Source: Tubiluchus corallicola (lineage: Eukaryota > Animalia > Priapulida). From it: a stretch of 64,000 nucleotides of DNA. Made by a program: the position numbers and the translations under genes. The stretch covers positions 280,871 to 344,870 of the forward strand of contig JAQGDQ010000237.1 in the NCBI GenBank assembly GCA_030141605.1, written 5' to 3'. This document shows, one piece after another, positions 13,351 through 24,752 of the stretch; position 1 is the first letter of the stretch, and each line of letters opens with the position of its first letter. Under the pieces are notes generated by a model. The model worked only from the letters and a program-made list of their open reading frames with translations, did no database searches and was not told where the DNA came from.

Positions 13351-14252
13351 CAGCTGCCCAAATCTTCGTGTACGGTAACACTTTTAACATGGGATTTACT
13401 TCGTGCTCTCAGTTTTCTATCCTGTGTTTAAACAGTCGCCCATGGCAACATTTAGACATCTCTAGCATCTATGGTTACTAGTTGCTATGCACTCGCATTC
13501 CCAGTGTGTCTGGGAATGAGTGTGTGCCTAGATTTACCATCTGATAGGCAAGCGGGCTTAGCTCCCACGGAGTAAGTATAAATCCGTTTACTGCTACACC
13601 AACATACAGCTAAATATTGGCAAATACAAAAATTTTACAAAAACTGGCGGTCACTATTCACAAAATATCAATTAGAGTACAACGCACTAACGGCCTGTGT
13701 TCCATGAAAAAGCCCGTGCACTAGAAAAACGGCTGCCCGTGAGGCAGTATTTTCATTGAACGACAAAAGTAGAAAGCGTGTTAATGCTTTTAACTGTATA
13801 TAATGTTAAAGCTACCTAAAATTAATTAAGCAGAGTTTTCTGCATGGTTGGCTGGCATTAATTGTCAAATATGTTGACGTCAATTCTTGTTCCACCTCAT
13901 AATGTTAAAATTACATGAATGTAATCCAAATGCATGTAATGCAAAAATATCTTGCTCAGTTTTTTTAAAGTTCAGCTTTCTACTTTGTGTTAGATAATTA
14001 GCTGACACCTTTTCACAGAAATACATCAAGAATTCAACATTTTCAGTCTATCTAAAATTAAAAAGCAACAGCTAGTTATATACTGTAACACATTTTTGAT
14101 TGAGTTCAACAATATCTAATGACGTCTTTTAGGTCAGCAGAAGGTGGTTTGATTGCTACTGGGTTACCTGAAACTGGTTGTGACGTGGAAACCACAGAAA
14201 AGAATCTGTCAAAAACAACTAACAAATTAATCTGGAAATTACAACATTTACA

Positions 14253-17200
14253 ATGGAAAAATTAGACACAGTGGAACGACGAATGAGTGGTAAAGCGTCT
14301 ACTACCTCTGCTACTTTAGATGTACCACAATTAGTTACGCACAGTCGAACAGGCAGTTTGGTTCCAGCAAGAGTAAGTATAATTGCAGAACCCATTCCAA
14401 TTTACGTCTACAAGAATGGCGACAAGTTCTTCAATCCCATAAAGCTGATACTCGATCAGGCTGATACGCTTAATGATGTTCTTCAAAGTGTTGCTTCAAA
14501 AATATTTCTCAATGCTGGCCAAGTGGAGAAGTTATTCCGCATAAAGGATGGCAAAAAAATAACTGATGCTTTAGAATTGAAATCATGGGATCGGTTAGCA
14601 GCAGCCTCGATGCCAGAAAAGTTCCAAAAGGTCAAATATCCACCACCTGAGCTGAAAAAAGATGCTAGAGATCCCAATCGCCTTGTAAAACCAAGAGCTG
14701 AGCACTTTCAAATTGCTAAAGGCTTGGTTATTCGAAAATCAAAGATTCGGCCTACAATAGCAGAGGATCCCAGATTTTACCAGAAAAAATCAAGACTAAG
14801 AGGACAAAGACCATCCCTGCAGTCCAAAGATTCTGCTGATTCTGTTGACACGGGTGGTGAAGAGTTTGCAATTCATGTATGCAAAAATGGTGACAAGTCG
14901 TTTCATCCCTTAACATTAATAATTAACCAAGATACGACACTGGAAGGCCTTCGTGAATACTTATCAACAAAAATTTCTTTTAAAAATGAACCTATTCAGC
15001 AACTGTTCCGACTCCCAGATGGTTTTAAAATCACAGACATAAAAGAGTTGAAACAAGATGATCGATTAGTGGCTTCCACCAAGGGACGCAAGTTTCAGAA
15101 AATAAAATATCCGAAACCAAGTGTTCCAATCTACGTTTATAAAAATGGCGACAAAAGGATACCTGCCGAAAAAGTAATATTGAAAGAAGAAGACACATTA
15201 ACAAAGGTTCTTCAGGAGATTGCAGAAAAAATTCCATTCCCTGAGGGACAACCAGAACGAATGTATCGAATCAGTGATGGTTGTGAAATCAGAGAGGCAA
15301 CTGAGTTGAAATCATGGGACCGTGTAGTAGCTGCTACTAAGGACGAGACATTTCAAAATGTTAACTACCCTCCTCCTGGTGTTCTGATCTATGTGTATAA
15401 AAATGGTGACACTTCTCCTCCCCTAAAACTCATATTGAACACAAATGAGAAACTACAGGAACTTCTTGAAGATATCCAAGCTGAAAAGTTATTCCGCATT
15501 CCTAGTGGTTCTCAAATCAATAACATTAAAGAACTTAAATCAGGAGATCGTGTAGCAGCTGCTGGCATGGACGAAAGTTTTGAAAACATGATTTATGCGT
15601 CTCCTGGTTTTCCAATCTATGTCTATAAAAATGGTAAAAAAGCAGTTGCACCTATAAAAGTTTTGTTGACTGAGCAAGACAAGTTGGAAGAAGTTCTCCA
15701 CGATGTCCATGCAGAGGAACTGTACCGCATTTCTGATGGTTCAAAAATCACAGACATATTAGAGCTGAAGCCAGGAGACCGTTTAGCAGGTGCTACTAAA
15801 GGTGAAGCCTTCCAAAATATTGACTACCTACCACCTGGTTTTCCTGTTTATGTGTACAAGAATGGTGACAAAACTGTTGCACCCATAAAACTAATATTGA
15901 ACCAAGATGATAAGCTAGAGGATATCCTGCAAGATGATGTTGCACCAAACATTGCTTTTCAAGATGGTCATGCTGAGCAATTATATCGTATCTCAGATGG
16001 CAAGAAAATTAGCAATGTCAAGGAGTTGAAACCAGGTGACCGCCTAGCTGCTGCTACAAGTACAGAGAAGTTCTCAAGTTTAGATTACCCTTCACCAGGT
16101 GTGCCAATCCATGTGTACAAAAACGGTGACAAGTCTGTTCCTCCCATAAGAATAATAATGAGCAAAGAAGACAAACTAGAAGAAGTTCTACAAGATATTG
16201 CATCAAAGATTCCTTTTAAAGTGGGCCATGCCGAGCAGCTCTATCAAATTCCAGATGGCTCTAAAGTCAACGATCTAAAATCGTTGCAGTCAGGAGATTG
16301 TCTGGCAGCTGCCACTAATGAAGAAAGTTTCCAAAACATTGATTACCCACCGGCTGGGATACCTCTTTATGTGTACAAAAACGGCAGCAAGGACATTCCA
16401 CCAGCAAAAGTAATGCTGAGTGCAGAAGAAAAGTTAGAAGAGGTTCTGCAAGATGTCGCCTCAAAGATCCCTTTCAAAGATGGCTATGCTGAACAGTTGT
16501 ATCGAATCCCTAATGGTTCCAAAATCAACGATGTAAAATCACTGAAATCAGGTGATCGTTTAGCAGCTGCGACAAATAAAGAAACTTTCCAGAACATTGA
16601 CTACCTACCGTCTAGCATACCTGTCTATGTGTACAAAAATGGTGACACATCTCTTGCTCCCATAAAACTGATATTGAGCTGTGACGATAATATAGATACG
16701 GTTCTTCAAGATGTTGGCAAAAAAATTCCCTTTGAAGATGGTCATCCCAAGCAGCTGTATCGAATTCCTGATGGATCTAAAATTAAAGACGTGAAATCAC
16801 TAAAACCAGGAGACCGTTTGGCAGCTGCCACTGATAAAGAAACTTTCAAAAACATTGATTATCTACCATCTGACATACCTGTTTACGTGTACAAAAATGG
16901 TGATGCATCTATGCTTCCAAAAAAGCTTTCACTAAGCAATGACGATCAATTAGAAACGGTTTTGCAAGATGTTGCTGCTAAGATTCCATTTAAGGAGGGT
17001 CAAGCAGAGCAGTTGTATAGAATTCCTGATGGTTCGAAAATCAAAGATGTAAAATCACTAAAGCCAGGGGACCGTTTAGCAGCTGCCACTAATAAAGAAA
17101 AGTTCCAAAACGTTGACTACCTACCATCTGACATACCTGTTTATGTGTATAAAAACGGCGATGCATCAGTTCCTCCATTAAAGCTAACACTGAATAGTGA

Positions 17201-19433
17201 TGACAAGTTAGATATGGTTCTTCAAGACGTTACCACAAAGATTCCTTTTAAAGACGGTCATGCTGCACAGTTTTATAAAATCCCTGATGGTACTAGAGTT
17301 AAAGATCTAAAAGATCTGAAACCAGGAGACAGGTTGGCAGCTGCCACTAAAAAAGAAGCGTTCCAAAAAATTGTTTACCCACAGCCTGGATTTCCGGTAT
17401 ACGTGTACCGAAATAATGACAAGTCCTTTCCTCCGGTAAGACTGTTTGTGAACAAGGAAGACAAGTTGGAAGAAATTCTGCAGGCTGTTGCCACAAAGGT
17501 TCCTTTCAAAGAAGGTCGTGTTGAGCAACTGTTTCGGATTTCCGATGGCTCTAAAATTAAAGATGTCAAGGACTTAAAATCAGGCGATTGTTTAGCAGCT
17601 GCAACAAATCAAGAAAAGTTTCAGAATACCAACTATGCCCCAGCTGGTCGTCCAATCTATGTGTTCAAAAACGGTGACAAATCTACACCTCCTACAAAAT
17701 TAATATTGACCCAAGATGACAAGTTAAAAGATGTTCTTGAAGGTATCAATGCAAAGCAGCTATATCGCATCTCTGATGGCTCCAAAATTAAAGAACTAAG
17801 TGAACTAAAATCAGGAGAACGTGTTGCAGCAGCAGACGACGGGGAAGATTTTCAAAAGATTGATTATCCAGCTACCAGTTTCCAAATCTATGTATACAAA
17901 AATAGTGATAAGGCCTTTCCCCCTATAAGATTACTGGTGGACCAGGAAAAGAAGGTAGAAGAAATACTTCAAGATGTAGCAACAATGATCTCCTTCAAAG
18001 AGGGTCGTCGTCCCGAACAGCTATTTCGAATACCAGATGGATACAAAATAAAAGATGCAAAAGATCTGAAAACTGGAGATCGTCTAGTCGCTGCCACTAA
18101 AGGAGCCAAGTATCAAAACATTAATTACCTTCCATCTGGTTTCCCAGTTTATGTGTACAAAAACGGCGAGGAATCTTCCCCACCTGTGAGATTTATAGTA
18201 AACGAAAATGATGAGTTACAAGAGATTCTCCAAGCTGTTGCCGAAAAGATCACCTTCAACGAGGGTCACGCTGAACAGTTATTTCATATCCCCGGTGGCT
18301 TTAAAATCAATGAAACGAAAGAGCTGAAACCAGGAGACCGTCTGGCTGCTGCCACAGATCAGGAAAAGTTTAAAAACATTAATTACCTGCCATCTGGTTT
18401 TCCAATATACGTGTACCAAAACGGGAATAAATCTCCTCCTGTGAGACTGCTAGTGAATCAGGAAGACAAGTTAGAACATGTTCTCAAAACCATTTCTACA
18501 AAGATTCCTTTTAAAGAGGGTGGAGCTGAGCAATTGTTTCGAATCCCTGATGGTTCTAAAATCAAGAGTACAAATGACCTTAAATCAGGGGACAGAGTTG
18601 CTGTTGCTGCCACAAAGGAGGCAAAGTTTCAAAACATTGATTACCCACCATCCGGTCTTCAAATATATTTGTACAAAAATGGTGACGTCAATTTTGCTCC
18701 CGTGAAATTAACAGTTAACGAAGACAATACATTAGAAGATATTGTCCAAGATGCTGCAAAGAAGGTTCCTCTAGTGGATGGTCATGTCGAACAGCTGTAT
18801 CGAATAGCTGACGGCTCTAAAATAAAATATGCAAACGAACTGAAGCAAGGGGACCATTTAGCTGCTGCGACTAAAAAGGACAAATTTCAAAACGTTGATT
18901 ATCCACTGGCTGGTGTTCCGGCACACGTGTACCGAAACGGTGATTCATATTCTTCCCCGACGAAATTTATATTGAACAAAGAAGATAATCTAGAAGCAGT
19001 TCTCCAGGACATACCAACTAAGATTCCCTTTGAAACGGGCAAGGCAGAGGTTTTGTACCGGATTCCTGATGGTTCTGTAGTCAATGATTTGAGTGAGTTA
19101 AAACCAGGAGATTGTCTGGCAGCTGCGACTAATGGTGAAGATTTCCAAAATGTTGCTTACAAACCTCTCCTTTCTGGTAAGCGCAGATCTACCAAACCTC
19201 ATAAGGACAAAGGAAAAAGAGCAAAATCAAGCAGTCACGTCGGCCGCTCTATGGGATCACTTGATCACATTTATGGTAGCACTGAAGACCTCCGTGAATG
19301 GTATCTACAGCAGACTCAACCAACTGGCAGTTTCGCGTGGTGGTCCACCTGCTTCGATAGGTCAGACAAATGGAAACAGGAACATGAGGATTTGTATAGG
19401 TTAAAAAAGAAATTCGCAAAACCAAAAATGTAA
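14253..19433 (+). CDS. Giant poly-doublecortin-like protein, paralog C (1726 aa, 18 DCX-like domains) with shared orphan C-terminal motif
   Basis: Uninterrupted 5.2-kb ORF. 18 copies of [IV]YVYKNGD...P.KL....DKLE.VLQDVA.KIPFKEG..EQLYRIPDGSKI.D...LKPGDRLAAAT..E.FQNIDY, typically 86 aa each. The N-terminus and first domain are colinear with paralog A. Acceptor at 14131-14132 in the 5' UTR. Confidence 0.85.
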   Translation: MEKLDTVERRMSGKASTTSATLDVPQLVTHSRTGSLVPARVSIIAEPIPIYVYKNGDKFFNPIKLILDQADTLNDVLQSVASKIFLNAGQVEKLFRIKDGKKITDALELKSWDRLAAASMPEKFQKVKYPPPELKKDARDPNRLVKPRAEHFQIAKGLVIRKSKIRPTIAEDPRFYQKKSRLRGQRPSLQSKDSADSVDTGGEEFAIHVCKNGDKSFHPLTLIINQDTTLEGLREYLSTKISFKNEPIQQLFRLPDGFKITDIKELKQDDRLVASTKGRKFQKIKYPKPSVPIYVYKNGDKRIPAEKVILKEEDTLTKVLQEIAEKIPFPEGQPERMYRISDGCEIREATELKSWDRVVAATKDETFQNVNYPPPGVLIYVYKNGDTSPPLKLILNTNEKLQELLEDIQAEKLFRIPSGSQINNIKELKSGDRVAAAGMDESFENMIYASPGFPIYVYKNGKKAVAPIKVLLTEQDKLEEVLHDVHAEELYRISDGSKITDILELKPGDRLAGATKGEAFQNIDYLPPGFPVYVYKNGDKTVAPIKLILNQDDKLEDILQDDVAPNIAFQDGHAEQLYRISDGKKISNVKELKPGDRLAAATSTEKFSSLDYPSPGVPIHVYKNGDKSVPPIRIIMSKEDKLEEVLQDIASKIPFKVGHAEQLYQIPDGSKVNDLKSLQSGDCLAAATNEESFQNIDYPPAGIPLYVYKNGSKDIPPAKVMLSAEEKLEEVLQDVASKIPFKDGYAEQLYRIPNGSKINDVKSLKSGDRLAAATNKETFQNIDYLPSSIPVYVYKNGDTSLAPIKLILSCDDNIDTVLQDVGKKIPFEDGHPKQLYRIPDGSKIKDVKSLKPGDRLAAATDKETFKNIDYLPSDIPVYVYKNGDASMLPKKLSLSNDDQLETVLQDVAAKIPFKEGQAEQLYRIPDGSKIKDVKSLKPGDRLAAATNKEKFQNVDYLPSDIPVYVYKNGDASVPPLKLTLNSDDKLDMVLQDVTTKIPFKDGHAAQFYKIPDGTRVKDLKDLKPGDRLAAATKKEAFQKIVYPQPGFPVYVYRNNDKSFPPVRLFVNKEDKLEEILQAVATKVPFKEGRVEQLFRISDGSKIKDVKDLKSGDCLAAATNQEKFQNTNYAPAGRPIYVFKNGDKSTPPTKLILTQDDKLKDVLEGINAKQLYRISDGSKIKELSELKSGERVAAADDGEDFQKIDYPATSFQIYVYKNSDKAFPPIRLLVDQEKKVEEILQDVATMISFKEGRRPEQLFRIPDGYKIKDAKDLKTGDRLVAATKGAKYQNINYLPSGFPVYVYKNGEESSPPVRFIVNENDELQEILQAVAEKITFNEGHAEQLFHIPGGFKINETKELKPGDRLAAATDQEKFKNINYLPSGFPIYVYQNGNKSPPVRLLVNQEDKLEHVLKTISTKIPFKEGGAEQLFRIPDGSKIKSTNDLKSGDRVAVAATKEAKFQNIDYPPSGLQIYLYKNGDVNFAPVKLTVNEDNTLEDIVQDAAKKVPLVDGHVEQLYRIADGSKIKYANELKQGDHLAAATKKDKFQNVDYPLAGVPAHVYRNGDSYSSPTKFILNKEDNLEAVLQDIPTKIPFETGKAEVLYRIPDGSVVNDLSELKPGDCLAAATNGEDFQNVAYKPLLSGKRRSTKPHKDKGKRAKSSSHVGRSMGSLDHIYGSTEDLREWYLQQTQPTGSFAWWSTCFDRSDKWKQEHEDLYRLKKKFAKPKM

Positions 19434-19849
19434 AATCTTGGGGTGCATTTCAAGAGAAATGGGAACTTTCGAATTATTATGATAATCACGTATTAAACAT
19501 ATTATTTCAGTAAAAATTTCATAAGTTATAAGATTTAAAAACGTTCGAAAAAAATGAAAAACTGAAAACGCATTGCCTTTACAAATGTTTAAAGTAATAA
19601 AACATAAAATAAAAACGCAACAATGTTTTTTATCAATTAATATGCGCTATTTTTGTTATATTAACATGCATTAAAAAATCTTGTACTTTTGACAATAATA
19701 GGAATTAAACATGTGAGAAGTGAGCATACATTAAGGTTGCTGTTATTTTATTCAGTCAAACACTGTGAAACACTTTATTTATTTGGTCCAAGTAGCTACA
19801 TAAATGCTGACAAAATTTTGTAGGAAAGCAACAACTTTTTCTCGTTATA

Positions 19850-20520
19850 AGGGGCACTTACTTGCTTACATGTCTATATTTCAAAGTCTTGGAAAATCTT
19901 GGCGGAATATCTCGCGGAAAATAACGAGTAGTCATTTAAGCAATGCTAGATCTGGTTAGTAAATCGATGGGTGATACCACTGAGACGGGTGATTCGTCTG
20001 CCACACTGCCACTAGCTATTTTAACTTTTAAAGAAGGGCTTGTGCGTAAACGTGGCTGAGACACTTGATTGTCAGAACTTCATCATATAGGAATATTTTT
20101 GATATTGAGTTAGGATACAGTCCTGCTAAGACCATTTAAGCCGTGAAAGATGAGAGAAGATGGAATTTTGAAGTCTGTCTCAAAAGGAGTAGACTCCGGT
20201 GCTGCATTATGAGTTGCTCCTGCCGTCGCATGTGACTGCTAATTCTAAAAAATGCGTTGCAGTGTTAACAAAGTTTCGCAAAAATTGTTTTTTAATTAAA
20301 TCAGCAGGAACACGAAGAAATATTACCACATCAATACTTTTGTGGCACCACAATAATTACGTTTGAAAATCTTATCTCAAGGTTTAATGTGCAGCGCTAT
20401 TCTATATTTTCAAATACAGCAAATGTAGTCGCAAGCACATCTTTTAACGCAGGATCAGTAAAGAAGCAGTTCACTAGTCTTCTTTTTTACGAAGGACAGT
20501 GAAAGTTTTTCTTAGTCTGC
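19850..20520 (-). mobile_element. Possible highly decayed LINE (endonuclease region) remnant
   Basis: Only short minus-strand peptide fragments (e.g. LYPNS.I, DFP) reminiscent of LINE ORF2 endonuclease/linker segments, with no open frame. Weak. Confidence 0.2.
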
Positions 20521-23500
20521 GACTTAAAATCTACGGAAGACGGTACACTAAAGCAAAGCAACACAGCACAAAGAACTCAATTATATTTCAAGGTCACTAG
20601 GAACTTCAATTATATTTATAAGCATGGGCTTCACTGAAATTTGGTACATTGCTAATTAACTATATTTCTTTAGAATGGACTTTTCTTGTTGGATCAAGTC
20701 GCTTAACTGTGGACTGTTTCTCAAGTTGTGAAATATTACAAAAAGTTATATTACCAATACCTTAAAAACAATTTCTGGGTATATGGGCAAGTAGTTGATA
20801 TCACCTATGGAACCCCGTAAATTTGATAAACAGAGCTATTTTTTGGATTAGATTTATTTATTTTACCAGGGTAGTTATATCAGCAATATAAATTAAAAAT
20901 GCCAGTTTCCAACTAATTAATTATCTGCTAGCATAAAACTAGGAGCGAAATAACAAATTGTAAATGACTTTCCCGGGAAAGAAATGGTTGCAATTATATT
21001 TGAAAATAGTACAAAATACAGACCTATAATTGCAATCAGAAAAAACTAAGAGGTTATTTTAAATTTCTCTTAGTCGCAAAAATATAAAATTAATGTAAAT
21101 ACACGCGAAACGTCTTCGAATGCAAACTAGCCAGGTATCAACTGATGCTCATCTAACTGTGTGGCGCCTGAGTGTCACTCTCATCTACGGCTACACGCAC
21201 GCGCCGGATGCATTGCATGGTAAAGTGTAAATTTGAAAACGGACGCGTACCAGTCTACGTTCACTCCATGATGGCTGCGTGTGTGTTTGTGAATTTTAGT
21301 GATAGATTCCATCTGGAACCTTTTTTCTAGGTTACTACGAATTTTTTAGTTTTTCTGGTGTAACATTTTTGTAGGCTATAAAATTTTAATGTTGTTTTTT
21401 GACACTATTGTGATTGTCCCGACGGTACGACGATTGCACTAAGTAGATGTATAATTTCAAATTTGCCTGTGTATAAAGTTCATGTGTGTACAAATAGTTC
21501 AGTGTATAAAGTCGTAGTCCGCAGGACCTAAGGCTTAATCTGAACATTTAAGTAGCTTATAACAGTTTTTGCCCGACCTGATTTACCACTGAAAGGTTCA
21601 TCGACAAAATTAATTGGCACTGTTATGGCAGCAACAATGTTTAAGATTTATTGATTTTGCGTGGTTTGTCTTGCTTTATTTTGTTAAAAACGCAAATTGG
21701 AAATTGTTATTGCCGAATGCCGAGTCATTTATTAATGAATATCTGAATATCAAATCATTGCATTGTATAAAAGTATGTAAGTCTAATTTAAATTTACTAC
21801 TGAATGTGAAAGTGTTTGTGTGACCCTGAATTATCAGAAAGGAGAAAATACTAGCTGTAATTAAGTTTCTCCTGTGTAAGTTTGTGGTAAAAATATTTTG
21901 AGTTTAATTGCCAGACCTAAAAGGTAATGAAATGATTAGGCCTAATTATTACAGTGGTTGTGTGTAATTATACTTGGGGAAACATTATGATTCCAGATTT
22001 CCAAATGTGTGCTATATTACCAGACATGCTAGCTTTTTCAGTGCCAGCTCACATTTAATATTCGTAAGTTTTTGGTGCCCCTTTCAGTTTTATCAGCAGT
22101 TATTTCGGTGTTATGAATTCAGGCAAAATTTGCTGTAAGTACGCTTTTTATCATGTGCCCAAATTATAATTTGATGGAAGTATGTAGCCGGGAGGACAGC
22201 TGCACAGAATGCCACTTTCGGGACTTCTGTTAATGTGAAGTCAATTGTTCAATAAACTAAAAGACCTACTGCTGCCAGGCTTAATTCTCCCAAGTTAATT
22301 CTTCTCTGTATTTCATTAAGAGGTAATTGAAATTTTAGCTTTTTAATTTTTCTTAGGTTGCAGTAACAGTATCGCCTTACTGCTTAATTCATAAATTGGT
22401 GATGAGGAGGCAGTATAAGTAACTAATCAAATGCAGTAACCCACATCATGTGTAAGATACGGACCATGTAGAAACGTTACAGACATCGTCTAGTCTTTGA
22501 GCAAAAGTATCAAAGGTTTGAAGGTGAATCAATATGATTTGTTTTGATTTATTTGGTTGTTTATGGAACTTTTCTAATATGTTTAATCAGATAACTTTTG
22601 AAAATACTTGTTTCCATCATCATATAATATGGCATGTATCAATCGTCCATTGACGTTACACCGCCAGCTTCTGCTGCTAAATGGTACGTTCTTTTGCTTC
22701 TCTCCAAATACTTGTCTTTCAAAATTAGAGATGTTTCATTGAGTTCTTTTGTGTAAAATCTATCCATGTTTGCATTCTGCTTCCCTTCGCTTCCTCTTGT
22801 GTCCATCATCAGTCAATTAAGGATGAAAGGAGTGGATTTTAAAACTCTATTCTCACTGGTCACTCTACGTCTAATAACAAATTTAAAATTTTGATGTAAT
22901 CATGTGACAATTATTTCCTAAAAATCAAAAAAGTTTGCACATTAAGTTGACAACCTGGATTTAAATTCCAAAGGGACATCTGTTTTAATCCTTTATTTGA
23001 CATTATTGTTGTTGTTTTTTGCATTCTGTTTAAAGTTCTAAGATCCATTCTTTTCATTTTTATTTGCCTGATAAAGGACACAGCATGTTCGAAAGCTATC
23101 TGATTAGATATGTAAAGGTGTTATATTTTTGTGTTGATTCATTTTCATTACTGTAATCAACTTTTCTAGTAGTTATTTTTAGCATATAGAATTAATGAGG
23201 AAAGGTGATGAATTGAACAGTCCACTATTATTGTATAGGCTAGTTGTCATGGAATTGGCCTCCTAATATTAAATATCTTTAACCAGATTTTTGCTTCTTT
23301 ATTGTTTTAGACAAGTTTGGCTTCATAAATTCAACAGTTCATTCCATCATTAACAAATTATTTTGATTTTGACAAATAATTAGTTATTCAATCTGGACAT
23401 TAAACGATTTTTGTTATTAATTTGTATAATTAATCGTTTGAACTGTATAGCCCTTGGGGTCTAATTTTATGAATTTTTACTTTCAAAAATTAGACTGCAA

Positions 23501-23664
23501 ATTTTTTTTATTGTTTTTTTGGCTGTAGCTATAAATGTTGATTTTGCATAAGAATGTCCTCCGCCCATCTTCCATTTTTATTGTGTCATTAAATGAAAAA
23601 TCTCAGTCAAAATGATAAACCTGTGTGAATATTTTACAGGGCATATCAGAGATATAGCTCTAGA

Positions 23665-23841
23665 ATGACAGACTTAGAACAGCAAGTAAAGGGTGGAGGT
23701 GCACCGGACTGGGGACGGTACGGACTGCGTGATGGAGATGAGCGAACAGGGGCGGAGTCACCTTATACAGCTGAGAGTGGGAGATATCAGCATGATGCCA
23801 TGCAAGAAAATGAATTATATACTGATGACCAGAAAGATCAG
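23665..23841 (+). CDS. SLC12A8: Solute carrier family 12 member 8 (CCC9), coding exon 1
   Basis: Acceptor at 23638-23639, ATG at 23665, donor cag|GTACGT at 23842. Phase 0, joining in frame to the next exon. Confidence 0.75.
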
Positions 23842-24623
23842 GTACGTATAACAAGGTCATGTTACGGAATAGAGGAATAGAGGTAAGATGTAATAGCTGT
23901 GTGGTCATGGTCAGTTCTTGCAGACGAAGTTAAGAATGGAGCCAAAGCTGATCAAGGATTGATCCAAAACTTTTTAATACTTGTTCTGGGCGGCTCACTC
24001 GTCATACCACTTCTGGTTGTTTATCCCATTTTTCTGCCATTTTGTGATCTACATGCATAACCTTCATAATAGCCAAGTTGGCCACAACTATCTGTGTTGA
24101 ATAACAGTAACTATTGAGTGTTGTAACTCAGTAGATTCAGTTATATAAAATAAACGCTGGGCACTGAAAATTGTGGGAATGTAGCATGCATTTTGCAAAA
24201 TTTTACATATAATCATCTGTAAAGCTATTTGTCAGGTCACTAACTAATGTTCGAATCAGGAAGCTTCTTGTTCAGAGGCAGCCTTGATGTTTGGCAAGTT
24301 ATGTAAACATGCTTCATTGACGGGGCTGGGGGTGGGACGCTCTTGGCCTTATTTCATGTACTCTGTTATAGTTCAATAAATTCTTTTATACTGCACTGTA
24401 CTAGTACAAATTGTCAATTGATGGGATTTAGTGAGGCTATTGGACTAGTTTATGAGGTTGAATCATTGCTTTTTCTTGATTAATGCTTTACAGTTGGGTA
24501 AGTTACTCAAAAAAAAAACAAATGGCTGTAGAATTTCTTAATTTTTGGTTTTCGTACTATTAGCATCGTTAGTATATCTCGTGCATAATGTACAGTGTTT
24601 CTTGATCTCATTCTGTTCTGCAG

Positions 24624-24752
24624 AAACCTTGGTGGAAAGCAAATTTCTTCATTCGGGAGCCAGTACTGTTTGGTACCTGGGACGGAGTTTTTACATCCTG
24701 TATGCTGAACATATTTGGCGTAATCATATTCCTTCGCACAGGTTGGATGGTG
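24624..24752 (+). CDS. SLC12A8: Solute carrier family 12 member 8, coding exon 2
   Basis: ctgcAG|...|GTAAGC boundaries. Encodes [43 protein letters not shown], the SLC12A8-type TM1 signature. This frame is missing from the ORF track. Confidence 0.92.

Noticed and set aside
13070-13481. REEKR / LFSSL ORFs
   Set aside because: Translations of a pentanucleotide microsatellite.
13490-13522. Perfect 9-bp hairpin cattcccag/ctgggaatg upstream of the poly-DCX gene
   Set aside because: Too short to assign a function. It probably belongs to a dispersed repeat next to the microsatellite.
14871-19160. Interpretation of the array as a polyubiquitin-like precursor cleaved into monomers
   Set aside because: DCX has a ubiquitin-like fold, but the units do not end in Gly-Gly and the junctions are Pro-rich, so there is no support for processing or conjugation.
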